A stretch of DNA of 64,000 bases from Eledone cirrhosa. Lineage: Eukaryota. This document shows, one piece after another, positions 51,042 through 64,000 of this stretch (its first letter is position 1; the number at the start of each line of letters is the position of its first letter). Below the pieces are notes generated by a model. The model did not search any database and was not told the DNA's origin. It saw nothing but the letters and a program-made list of their open reading frames with translations. The stretch covers positions 41,540,001 to 41,604,000 of the forward strand of contig OZ024747.1 of assembly GCA_964016885.1 (NCBI GenBank). The letters run 5' to 3'. The translations under genes were made by a program, and so were the position numbers.

Positions 51042-52500
51042 TGAAGGCAAAAATTCCATTGAGAGTAGGAGGTTTGCCAATGTTCTGCGATGGGAAGATC
51101 AGAGACGTGCAGTGTTCCACATTGCAAGGCAGTGTATCAGTGCAAATCAGGATGTTGTTGGAGATAAGTGTGTCCGGAATGATGCTGGTGTACTTAGTGT
51201 CACGAATGATCAGAAAAAGGAGGCCTGGAAATGTCACTATGAGAGACTGATTAATGTGGAGAACGAATGGGAGAGAGAGAAATTACCCTCAATAGATCCG
51301 ACAGAGGGACCAGCTATTGAGATTGACGAATATAGGGTCCAAGAGGCAATTAAGGAAATGAAAAATAGTAAGGCTGCAGGACCGTCGGGATAGTTGCTGA
51401 ATGTATCGGGACGTAGGAACTGAACTGGTTGCACGCATCATCAATCAGGCTATATATGGCAGTGTCATACCCAAAGACTTGTGCAGCAGTATTCTCATAA
51501 ATTGCTACAAAGGTAAAGGAGATGCTCTGGAGAGGAGCAATTATAGGGGCATAAAACTGATAGATCAGGTTATGAAATTGGCAGAAAGGATATTAGCACA
51601 ACTAATTAAAGAAAGGGTCAAACTAGATGAGATGCAGTTTGGTTTTGTGCCTGGGAAGAGTACAACAGATGCCCTCTTCTTGGTGAGACAATTACAAGAG
51701 AGGTTCTTATAGAAGAATAAGCCACTATACTTGGCTTTTGTTGACCTAGAGAAGGCCTTTGATAGGGTACTCCGATCTGTCATCTGGTGGTCCCTAAAGA
51801 AACTAGGGGTAGAGGAATGGCTTGTGAAGACAGTGCAAGCTATGTACAGGGCTGCTGTCAGTAAAGTGAAGGTAGGAATGGAGTTTAGTGAGGAATTTCA
51901 GATATAAGTAGGAGTACATCAGGGTTCGGTCCTCAGCCCGCCCTTGTTCATTATAGTCCTCCAAGCCATAACAGAGGAGTTTAAGACTGGCTGTCCATGG
52001 GAACTTCTTTATGCTGACGATCTGGTTCTTATAGCAGAATCAGTAGAGAATAAATTCTGGCTATGGAAACAGCAGTTGGAATTAAGGACTGAGAGTGAAC
52101 CTAGCTAAGACAAAAGTGTTGATAAGTAGAAAAGAGGACAAAACCCTGATTCCATCAGGGAAATGGCCATGTTTGATATGCAGAAAAGGAACTGGCATAA
52201 ATTCTATAAAATGTACACAATGCAGATCTTGGGTACACAAGAGATGTAGTGGGATAGCAGGCAAACTAACAGATAGGGAAAAATACGTATGAAGTAGATG
52301 TACAGGGAAATTTGACAGTAGAAGTTGCATTGATAGACACATTTTTCAAATGCAGGTGGATTCTATAGAAGTGGTTGATAGCTTCCAGTACCTAGGTGAT
52401 CAGATTAGCATGAGAGGGGGGTGTTCCGAGGCCATAGTATTTAGAATGACAGGTTGGAAGAAGTTTAGGGAGCTGCTTCCTATGTTGATGAAGAAGGCCA
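51042..52500 (+). mobile_element. RTE-clade LINE internal RT fragment (stops and frameshifts)
   Basis: KAAGPSG, NYRGIKL, QFGFVPGKSTTDA, FVDLEKAFDRV, GVHQGSVLSP, LLYADDL. Confidence 0.92.
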
Positions 52501-53264
52501 GTTATATGATGCCTGTAACAGGCTGCTACAGTAACGTGGCTGTGACAGGCAGCTACAGTAACATGGCTGTGACAGGGAGCTACAGTTTCTATTTTCTTAC
52601 CATTGCAACATAAGTGCAAACTATAGTAAATGTACCTGATGATGGATGGGCTTTGCTAGATTTTAAATGCCCTAGAAACACTGTATGTCACTAGAGTGTC
52701 TTGCATCTCCATCAGTAGTTACAGGACCATACATGCATGTACTTAATGCTTATTCAATATATTAAAACTTACCTTTATGAAGACTACTGGAATTTGAAAA
52801 TATATCATTTTGGTTGTTGATTGAACAGTTAAGTGACCTCTTGTACAGTGTTTCATATAGAAAATGATTGATAGATATATTCATTTTCGTTCATCAGTAT
52901 CATTTTCAATTGCATCTTAAGTACCTTAATTACTGATTTTAATTAATTTTCTGTTTAGTGTTTTTTTGGGGTTTTTTTTTTATCTTTCACTGATAACATT
53001 TTCTCTCTAATGATATATCCAATCATAATTAATTCCAATGTTGTTTACGTTGTAATTCTGATACAACTTTCTTAATGGAGTGAAATTGAAGAAATTGGAC
53101 AAACGTTATAAAGAATTAGAATTTTAATAGGAAATCTGTATATGTTGTACAAATGAAATCTTATCCAATAAGATCTTGTATTATTGATTTTCATGTAGAA
53201 ATCATGCAAAGATAGAAACTAAATTAACAATCAAAGTATAGATTAGTAATAAAAATCATGAGGG

Positions 53265-54025
53265 AGCTGTAGTAAAACAGATGTAACTGGGAGCTACAGT
53301 AACATGGCTGTAACAGGGAGCTGCAGTGACATAGATGTAACTGGGACTATGACAGAGCTGCAGTAACATGACTGTAACAGAGCCGCAGTAACATGACTGT
53401 AACAGAGCCAGCTGCAGTAACATTGCTATAACAGGCAGCTACAATAATGTGGCTGTAACAGGCTGCTACAGTAACGTGGCTGTGACAGGCAGCTACAGTA
53501 ACGTGGCTGTGACAGGCAGTTACAGTAACATGGCTGTGACAGGCAGCTACAGTAACATGGCTGTGACGGGCAGCTACAGTAACATGGCTGTGACAGGCAG
53601 CTACAGTTATATGGCTATGACAAGCAGCTACAGTTATAAGGCTGTGACAGGCAGCTACAGTTATATGGCTGTGACAGGGAATTACAGTAACATGGCTGTG
53701 ACAGGCAGCTACAGTAACATGGCTGTGACAGTCAACTACAGTTATATGGCTGTGACAGGCAGCTACAGTAACATGGCTGTGACAGGCAGCTACAGTAACA
53801 TGACTGTGACAGGCAGCTCCAGTTATATGGCTGTGACAGGCAGCTACAGTAACATGACTGTGACAGGCAGCTACAGTAACATGACTGTGACAGGCAGCTA
53901 CAGTAACATGGCTGTGACAGGCAGCTCCAGTTATATGGCTGTGACAGGCAGCTACAGTGATATGGCTGTGACAGGCAGCTACAGTTATATGGCTGTGACA
54001 GGCAGCTACAGTAACATAGTGACAG
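53265..54025. repeat. 27-bp minisatellite, about 28 units
   Basis: Consensus ggctgtgacaggcagctacagtaacat. About 3 further units lie at 52510-52585. Confidence 0.95.
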
Positions 54026-54655
54026 TAACAATACAAGTGGTACAAACAATTTACTAGAAATTTAGAATCTCTGCTGAATAAAAAGAAATAACTGTCAAAC
54101 AGTTTTTTTAATGGTTTGAGGCCTTTTATGAGATATCAAAAAGGTATTTCATATGTTGTCAATAGGTCAGAGAGTGTGAACATTTCTCACTCATTCAATG
54201 AATTAGAAAGGTAAGTCAGAAGTCTAGATATTGTATCACTTGAAGAATGGTATATAGTGAGTAACTTTTGTGTTGCAGTTGAGTGAATCATTAACTTGGA
54301 AAATTCTCTCCTGTTTATGTGTGCGTAATGATATATACGTGTGTGTGTATATATATCTTGCTTGTATAGGACTGTCTGGCCATAGAAAACCTGCCAGACA
54401 GTCCTATACGATCAAGACACGGGCACCTGACCAATCTTGCCTCAATTGGGACAATTCCCATCTAACCCATGCTAGTGTGGAAGATAGACATTAAACAATA
54501 TGAAATGTTGAAATTCAAATGCAGGATTGCTATAAATGATAATTGCATTAGAAAATCAGATGAAATACCCTTAAAGACAGAAAATTCATGAGCAGCAGCC
54601 ACTGCAGAGAAACAAACTCCATATTTCTAGAATTCTGTTCAAATGCTTTTATCGT

Positions 54656-54723
<68 letters not shown>

Positions 54724-55348
54724 TATACACACACACTCATTATCCCTCTCTCTATATATATAGTGTGTGTGTGTGTGTATAGTATTTAAAAAATTCGGAG
54801 CAGTTCATTTAAGTTTATTTATATCTGTGTGATACATATTTCGCTGAAGACTACCAATTCCCATAGCCTAAACTCTTCAAAAGGCAGAAAACCTTTAAAA
54901 AACATATTTTTAAACTTCAGGAGGATCCAAGAGGCAGCAGAATATGTTGATGTTGTTTCTTCACCAGCCAGTTCCTATATATATACACACATATATATAT
55001 AAACTTAGAGCTTCTCAAACTTTCCACATTGGTGGCACACATTTAAAAAAAAATTCAAAACACATTGTTTTGTTAGCAACAAGAAATTAATACAATAAAT
55101 ATATAAAAAATTTAATATATCTTATCACATGTCACTGGCCATATTTCTAATTATCTGCAGAGTTGTCACATCTCAAATATACTTCACAGCTAAATATTTG
55201 TAGAAATTAACCAGATTTGATTTCATTTTGTGACACTCCAACACATCATTGACTCTAGACTTTATAAACATCAGTTACATATTCTATCCTGCTTTCTAAC
55301 TCAATCTACAAGAAATAAGTTTTCTCAAATGACAACCTGCCATTTTAA

Positions 55349-55585
55349 CCATTTTGTTACCATATTAAAAAAACAAAAAGTGTTTATGATATTTAAATCA
55401 TTTTGAAAACAATCAAGGAATTGGAGGGACTTATAAAATAACTATTTCATTAAGTTGGTGTTTGGTACATAACTTAAAAAATATTCTTAGATAAAATTAT
55501 GATGGAATGTTTTTGGATAAATATGAAAACATTTTCTAGTAAACAGTTTTGTTCAGCTGTTTCAGGTTGTTTGGTATCAAAAGGG
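55349..55585. mobile_element. piggyBac-type MITE, with a partial tandem duplication of its right end to about 55696
   Basis: TTAA-ccattttgttacc ... ggtatcaaaaggg-TTAA. Confidence 0.55.
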
Positions 55586-57265
55586 TTAATAAAGGTTCTT
55601 AGATAAATTTATGAGCAAATGTTTTTAGATAAATATAAACAGTTTTGTATTCTATAACCAGGGGAAGTTTATCAGCTTATTTGATATCAAAAGGGTAAAA
55701 CAGAAAAAAGATACATTGCATAATGTATTTGTAGATGTACAAAAATATGGGATGGTCATGATTGAAACAGCTTAGATTATAGGTTTACTCAGTCTGCATT
55801 GACCTTGGTTTAAATAACACTCTTTAGTATCTGTTTTCTGAAGATAAGTATTATCATTTTCATTTTCATACACAATTGCTGCAAAGACATATCTACCTGT
55901 AGTTATTTTTATCTTCTCAAGTTAAATCTACATCTGTCAGTCATCCCAAATTGTAAATCGCAGTATTTCTATAAATATTTTCAACAACCTACTCACTGGT
56001 CAGCTTTTATCATCCAATAATTATGCAGATGCAGCCTTATCTTCATAATTTATGCTGCTAATTTCAGAAGTGTTTTCTCTGTCCTGCCCTGCACCACACC
56101 ACTTCATAAGCATCAGGATTAAAGGGAACTATGGACTGTTGCTCTTCAGAAATGCCATGCTAAGCTTTTTTTCCCCCAAGCCTGGAGGCTCATCAAGCTG
56201 GTAGTTATTCCAGTTTCTTTGATGTTAAGCAATGATACAAGATTTCCTCCTGAAAAGGTTGCCAGTCCATTACAGGGTTTACTCCCCAGCCACTGTTGGT
56301 ACTCATTTTCAGCTGAGTGTACTGGAGCAACATGGAATGAAGTGTTTTGCTCAATAACACAATTCACCACTTGGTCCAAGAATCAAACCCATGACATTAT
56401 GATCGTAAGGGCAACACTTTAATCACTAAGCCATACACCAATCTTTACCAAAAATCAATAAATTACAGTGATAATACCCAAACTAGTTTTATAAATGAAT
56501 TTCCGCCACCCAGAACATATTGGAGTAGTTTTCAAATTATCAATACCTGTTTCTCTTCTTGTCATCCTTCACTATTTCACTACTCAGACTTTGCATAAAA
56601 CACTTTGCCCAATCTTTTCTTCCCAGAATTACCCTCCTCTGGAATGTTCTTCCCACTCATTGACCTACAAAATATGCCATCTGAACATCAATCACACCAC
56701 TCTAGTAACTCCTGCAAAATTCACAGCACTGCTGTTCTCCAGCTTGACCTCTGACCTAACTTATAAAAATGACAATGCTGTCAACATATTTTATCTAGCC
56801 TCAAGATATCCATACTGCAACCTTCAAAATCTAGTCTTAACCTTTAGCCTCAATTTCTACTGTGATATATTAAAAATAGTGTTTTTGCTGTGTGTATCTG
56901 GTTTAGAATAAGTATATCGTATACCTGTGTGCAGTAAAAAGTGAATCAAAGAGTTGGCACCAGGAAGACCATCCAGTTATAAAACAGTGCCACAAAAAGG
57001 ACCCCTCCGAAACGTTAAGACTCTTTTCCTACAACATCAAACATTAAGCTAATATATATCTTCATTGTACTGTATTTGCTCTGTTGTTTTCCATTTACTT
57101 TTTACACACACATACACACCCACATACACAAATACGCATCATTTAATGTTTGTTTTCCCTTCTAAGAATTCTCTAATTCCAAATTAATGATAATACTGAT
57201 TTTTCAATAGAGCATTCAAAAACCAACACCTATTTTCTTTTTACACAAAAATATTTGTTGTAAAG

Positions 57266-58897
57266 CACAGGTTCTAAACCTATTTAGGCCAAACGCCCCC
57301 TTTTGTCCCTTGAAATCACGAAACGCCCCCTACCCTATTTTTCCATTTTTCAATATGCTACTGATTTTTATATCAGTAGATTACAATATTGATTAACAAT
57401 ATTCCAAAGATATCTTTGCAGGCAGCTGAGAGTATAAATACATTCCTTGAAAGGAAATATGTAAATTTCAATAAAAGGAACATAAATGTTCTTTTTTATG
57501 AGTAAGGACCAGTTGAATTTGTTATATTCCCACCAGGCGATACCAGCTATTTTGAACATTTATACAAGAGCAACTCTGTCTATCCCAAGTGTGCTCTTAT
57601 CTGGAAGAAAGTGGCAATTATATCATTTCAAAGCTTTCCAATTTTCCGTTTAATGAAACGGACAGAATAAATGTTGATATCTAACCTGATGTCCCCTCTG
57701 CATTGCGAGCTTAGAGACCACGGAAGAGGGTTTTCATGACCACGCGGGAGGGTATATTTATTAGTAAATGGTAAAATATATACAACAAATGAGTAAGTGA
57801 ATTGTAGTAGATGGTTTCCAGTCCAGTCAGACTGCAACTACAAAAAAAAAAATTGTTAGTTTGCTTTGTAACAATAGCATATCCAAGTTTTCGGATAAAT
57901 CAACTTACTTTAACTTTGACCTCATTTCAATGGGACCCTTGAACTTTATGGAGTCTAGCTAACTCTTTGACGTCGGGCTGGATTTTCGTAAGATGTAGCC
58001 GGAGATCTCCACATGTAATTACATTGTAGTGGTTGCGAGCCTTACTGTGCAGTCTGGAAACAGCACCAAACCTCTTCTTGACTAAGTATGAGCTTGGAAA
58101 AGGCAGAGCAAATCTCTAGCCTATGCATGTAGGTGTGGAAATTGACGCTGATTTTCATCTTGCATCCAAAAAAGGGGTTCACCTATTTTGGGAAATCTAA
58201 TTTTGATCATGTCATCTGCAAGGTGATCTTCTTCCTCTGCAATGCCAAAATGACGCTATTGCATTTGTCGAAAATGTCGGTGAGGTAGGCACAGTTTTGC
58301 CTCACATCTAGGGTTTTCTTGTACAGTTCTGTGTTGCGTCCTCGCAGAAACTCAATGATAGAGTCGAACAGTTCAAAGAAGTGAGTAAGGCACTTGCCCT
58401 TTGAAAAGCCACCTCACTTCATTATGAAGGAGCAACTTGACGAATTCTTCGTCATTATCTTGGCACAGTTGCCGGAAAATTCGTTCATTGAGGGAATGCT
58501 GTTTGATAAAATTGATGACATCAATGGCCACCTGCTAGGACTCGCTCAGCGGCTTGCTGAGTTTCTTCGCAGCCAAGTGTTGTCGATGAATGACACAATG
58601 AACAACAAATACAGATAGATTTTCTCTCTTCAGAAGAGTGACGAAACCCTTATGTTGGCCGACCATTGCTCTTGCGTCGTCCAGCTGCGGTCAGACCATA
58701 GTTATGCTATCTGCATGCTCTTTCAAATGCATTCACACTGGCTGTCTAAAAGACATACAAATATGGCTTATAAAACATAGCAAAGTAAAGGGCCTTCCAG
58801 TGCCCCCAAAGCTCCAAACGCCCCCTCTAATGCCCCCTGGAGTTCCGAAACGCCCCACCCCTGGGGGGTGCATATGCGCCCCCGTTGAGAACCTTTG
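57266..58897 (-). mobile_element. hAT DNA transposon (Buster/Charlie group), internally deleted
   Basis: TIRs cacaggttctaaacc / (rc) caaaggttctcaacg. 8-bp TSD ttgtaaag (57258-65) / ttgtaaaa (58898-905). Minus-strand remnants DDARAMVG, CVIHRQHLA, HNEVRWL-SKG, PFPSSYLV, GDLRLHLTKIQPD. Confidence 0.92.
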
Positions 58898-61086
58898 TTG
58901 TAAAATATTAACTGACAGATTGTGTTAGTTGCTGCTCCTAGATTTTTCTGTATTTATGCTGTTATAAAATTTAAGATTTCATCTTATGTTCTGTATTGCA
59001 TGTGTTTGATATGTACAACTCTTAATTCATTTCTTGTTTTAAAGTAGTTGTCTTTTTTTAAAGTATATTTTATATCTCAATTTATGAAACAATAGCATTG
59101 TTGATTACAGATTTCCAACAGGCCAATCTCTAAATTATTGTGTTGAAAGTGGTAAGGGGGTGTTGTAATTCATTCAAAGAGCAGTTTTTGTTTGTTTGTT
59201 TTTTGTCAATATACAGTGAAGGACACACACACACGCACGCGTGCGTGGTTGTGATCAGCTTGGGTTTATAGTAGAAAACACTAGTTATCATTAGATAAAG
59301 ACTTCATTGCGAACTCTCTTCTTTTGTTTCAACTCTTTTTACTTCTAAAGAAGTGTATATTATAAATATTTTAACATTGTGAACTTTAAATACTATCAGA
59401 AATGAATTACATACTATTTTAGTTTCATGATATTCTAATACACAAAGTAACTCTTACTAGCTAGCAAAGAGAACCAGGCATTAGATGATGACAGTTAGGA
59501 AGGGGCTCAGTCTTTATTTCAATTTATTTATACTTTTTAAACTCTTATTTCTCATTATTTCTTATCATATTGTACCACATGAAACTAGCAAGATATTCAT
59601 CGTCGTCATCATCATCATCACTGTTTAACATCCAGTTTTCCACGCTAGCATCGGTTAGACAAGTTGCCCCATTTGAGACAAGTCAGGTCAGATGACCTTG
59701 ACTTGGTTTCTATGGCTGGATACACTTCCTAACACCAACCACATTTACAGCGTGGACTGGGTGCTTTTTGTCGTAAAGTACAATACAGCACAATGACTGA
59801 ATTGCAGTCAAAATTGGTCTTTACTTTAATACTGCAAATTTTCACAACAATCTGCCCACTAGTAAAAGCTACTATAGACATTTTGATTAACAAACCACAT
59901 GAAATCATATTAGACATTCTTCAAAATTACAAAACAGTATTCTGACTGCATCACAGTAAAGTCTTTACCAATTTTCATAACAATCTCTCTACCAGTGAAG
60001 ATATTACAAACATTTAAATCAACCCTCCCTCCATTTCTAAATCATTACAGGATGTTAAGAGTTAAGTGTTTGTTGACAATGAATTGCTATTTATCATGTC
60101 TCATTTTACTTTCATCCTTCGGGGTTGATAAAATATAGTTCCAGTCAAGTATGGGAATTGATTTAAATCAATTTGCCTCTTCCTCCAAATTGCTAGCCTT
60201 GTATCTAAATCTGAAACCATTATCATGATTTGCTTCCTGGCTATCAAGGGCAATTTTTGTATTTAATTTCTAGCCATTAATACCACTTCAGATTTCAAAC
60301 TTTAAACCCTGATTGAGTTGTTTTAGATAAAAGTTTCAACTACCTGAATCATAGAAAGCATTATTGATAAGAGAGTTCAGTGAAATAAATAAGCTGACAA
60401 TAAAATCCTACAGAAAATCATGGACTCTATACTTTATTATATAAAATCAAATTCTATGTGCAATTTCCAATGTCTGATTTTTTCCATGTGTGGTGTAGAT
60501 CTATCCATCATCATTATTATCATAATTTAACGTCCATTGTCTTTGATAGCAAGGGTTGGCTAGGTTGTCACAGACAAAGTCAGTACTCAATCAGAGCCAC
60601 TGATATCACATTTTACAGCTGCCATAGGCAGCCTTTTTTGAGCCGGATGTGGTTCATCATAAGGCAATCTGCACTTCTAAAAAAAAAAAATCAAGACAAT
60701 TTTAAAATTAGGCATGCCATTGAGAAAGCCAAATGAGCTGCATGCAGCTCACAGGCCACAGGTTATCTGTGACTGCTCTACAGAGTTCACTGTGCATTTT
60801 ATCATGGCTCCAGCACTAGTGAGGTTGTCATGCCCAATCAAAACATTTCAATTCAGTAAGAACATTCTAATAGCTTTCAAATATTGGATATATTTCTAAA
60901 ATTTCCTCAAAATGGTTTAAAGATTGTATTTTTGAAAATGTTTTTATGTGGTTTAAAGATTTGTTAAAAATGTGATTGATAAGAGGCAGTGATTGATTAT
61001 GGTGTCTCTAATTTTAACTCACTGTCATTCAAATGGAATTCAAATTGCAAGAATTTTCCATTAACCAAACCACCTTTATGGCTTTA

Positions 61087-61710
61087 CTAGCAGTGGTACC
61101 CGGCGTTGCACGGGATAAGGTATTTTGGAACACGGGCCGCCAACAGACCTAATCGTGGAAAAACTGCATGCCTGGACAATATGTAAAGAAAATAAACCGA
61201 ATACTCTGATGGCTGGATAATCTAAGATTTTCCTCGATGAAGCAGGAAAAGGGCAGGTTTTCACCTAATGCGGGCTCTAGGGGATCAAGAAAAGGAATTT
61301 TTTTTAGGTGCATAATATGCCTTGAAATTCGGGAAAATCGGATAGACGTATTGCCTCAAAAAGCCCTAAAAAGATGGAAAAAAATGAAGTTTTTCACCTA
61401 ATGTGGGCCCTAGGCCATAAAAAAGTTGGATTTTCTTTGCTCACGCTATGAAGAAGAGACTGACTAATACATAGTTACAATTTCAAGGAAATCGGTCTGA
61501 CATAACGCCTCAAAAAAACCCTAAAAAGCTGGAAAAAACGCAGTTTTTCACTTAATGCGGGCCCTAGGGGATCAAAAAGTTGAAGTTTTTTTATGTGCAT
61601 AACACTCCCTGAAATATAAGTAATACACATGTAAAGTTTGAAAAAGGTCGGTTGGGCAGTTCTCGGGTTGCACACGCACGCACACTCATTCTCACTCACT
61701 CACTCACTCA
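61087..61710 (-). mobile_element. Non-autonomous Helitron-like element, 3' end plus internal tandem subrepeats
   Basis: The minus strand ends cccgtgcaacgccggg(hairpin)-taccactg-CTAG|T. Three gtttttcacctaatgcgggc(c/t)ctagg subrepeats (about 61257, 61389, 61543) and (CACT)n. The 5' end was not located. Confidence 0.6.
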
Positions 61711-63169
61711 TTAAAATAACAAATTAAAGTTTAAGCAAAGAATCGCTGCTTTCACCCATAACGGGATCTTCTGAAACTAAAAACATCAATCTGTAAACGC
61801 AGAAGTAAATATTTCGAAAAACGTTGCAACTAAAGGAAAACAGGAAGACGATACTTTGGTTCGTCAAGACGTTCCCTGGCAATGAACGGGTAATAGCGAA
61901 CATAATACGTCATCAATGTTCGTCAGAATGTCGTAATGCAGACAGCTAGGCATACAGACAGATATTATAAGAGCGCGACGGAGATGGATAACCGGCGCCT
62001 AACACCCCTTTAACAACAGAAAATCGAAAAATAAAAGCTGCAGTTAATATCTTTAGACCGCAAGGAATATATAAATGCAAGTTTGAAGTCAACCGGGGTA
62101 GAAATGTGGATTTGTATAGACTTTGCAAAAATGAGGACAACAACACACACGCACGCACGCGCGCGCACACGAAAAAAGCTGACGCACAATTTGATTTCTT
62201 CCATTTAAAAAAACAAGATGGGTAAAGTTTATGGGTTTCTTTATCTTGACTGATGGTGTAATGCAACCTGGTGAGGCACTGTGTAATGGAACCTAGTTAT
62301 GCACTGTAATGTGGCTCTATGTAATGGAGCCTGGTGAGACACTGTGTAATGTGGTCTTGTGTGGTACTGTGTAATGGTGCTTGGTGAGGCACTGTGTATT
62401 GCTAATGTCAAAAATGAATTGGACTTGTTAGTAGTCTAGCCATTTCAACTATTATGAAATTCATGACTTTGGGGTGTAAACAATTCTGTCTGATTCCAAA
62501 TATTCTGCGTTATTATTTCTAACCATAAATAACTATTGGTAGTGGTTATTTTTCACTAAAATGATAATAATAATAATTTCCATTGCTGAAAATAATCAGC
62601 TGTTAAAATATCATTTAATATTTGCTTATATAGTTTTTATCTTTTTATAAAATATAATTATTTTCCTCTAAAGTTCTAATTACCAATTATGTTAAATTAC
62701 TTTTTAACTCCATTTTTTTTTCATTTTTGCTCAATTGATCTAAAGTTACAACACCCGAGTTCATTTGAGAATGATTATTATTATTTTGTTTTATTTAGAT
62801 TTTGAAATTAAGAAACACAAATGTCTCATATAGTTAAATTATTTCAGAAGTTTTCTATTAATTCTAATCAGTTTCTAATTGGTGATTTTCTTGTGGGGAA
62901 TTGGCTTTTGTAGAAAATATTTACTATATAATCTGCAAGGAACATTTTCGTATTTAATGACTTGAAATTTAATTGACTCAAAACTGCTTGAAATTGAATT
63001 AGTCAACTGTTAGTTGTTGTTACTGTTGTTGTTAAGCGCCAAGTCAGCTTTGATCAAGCAGACGTATTATCAAAGGCGTTCAAGCTATGACTATCCTATC
63101 TTTTTTTTTCAGCAACAATATACTCTGGATTACATTGTCTTATGTTTCTGTTGTTAAAATATATATATA

Positions 63170-63620
63170 TCATCATCATCATCGTTTAACATCCATCTTC
63201 CACGCTAGCATGGGTTGGACAGATTTGTATCACTTGAGGCAAGATTAGTCGGGTGACCGTGTCTCGCTCATACTGAATTGTTTCTAGCAGATTTTCTATG
63301 GCTGAATGCCCTTCCTAACACCAACCACATTTACAGTGTGGACTGGAAGCCTTTTTACCGTGTCTCCCACACGACCACTTTACAGTGTGGACTGGGTGAT
63401 TTTTGTTGTGTCACTTACATGACCACTTTACAGTGGACAGAAGTAGGGGGTGTGGATTGAGGTGGGGTAGATATTGGGTTAAGAGGTGCCTACTGGCTGT
63501 AGGTTTCAGTTTGTATGTAAGAGAAGGCAGGTTTTCTGTATAACTGCATATTGCCAAAGATCTCGATCTAGTGACATTGTCTCAGAGAGGTGTAAGTGAG
63601 CAAGGTCAGTTTTTATCGCC
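63170..63620 (-). mobile_element. RTE-clade LINE 3' end
   Basis: IKTDLAHLHLSETMSLDRDLW plus the RTE 3' UTR and (GAT)n on the minus strand. Confidence 0.8.
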
Positions 63621-63635
63621 TCGCGCGCACGCACA

Positions 63636-64000
<365 letters not shown>

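Noticed and set aside
53347-54057. 232-aa and 202-aa repeat proteins; CRISPR-like array
   Set aside because: A head-to-tail 27-bp tandem repeat with no unique spacers; the frames are open only because the unit is a stop-free multiple of 3.

Overview
AT-rich, repeat-saturated animal genomic DNA. The (TA)n/(CA)n microsatellites, Meta-domain-like SINEs and RTE 3' tails point to an octopus-type cephalopod (inference). The only host-gene coding sequence I can support is the first coding exon of an SMAP1/2-type ArfGAP (33717-33834, +); the rest of the window to its right appears to be intron 1 (>30 kb). Everything else is mobile DNA: Penelope-like elements (PLEs, Naiad-type RT + GIY-YIG), CR1, RTE, Tx1/L1 and CRE LINE fragments, SINEs, a Buster/Charlie hAT remnant, mariner and piggyBac MITEs, a Helitron end and a 27-bp minisatellite. 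The most striking signal, which the ORF track does not show, is about 20 type I hammerhead ribozyme (HHR) motifs from many different sequence families. Several have 60-170 nt inserts in stem II, several share a CCGANGA core variant, and some sit as opposite-polarity pairs in long fold-backs, mostly beside (TA)n tracts. This suggests a diverse set of non-autonomous, ribozyme-carrying retroelements that depend on PLEs. All motifs were read and folded by eye; no search or folding program was run.
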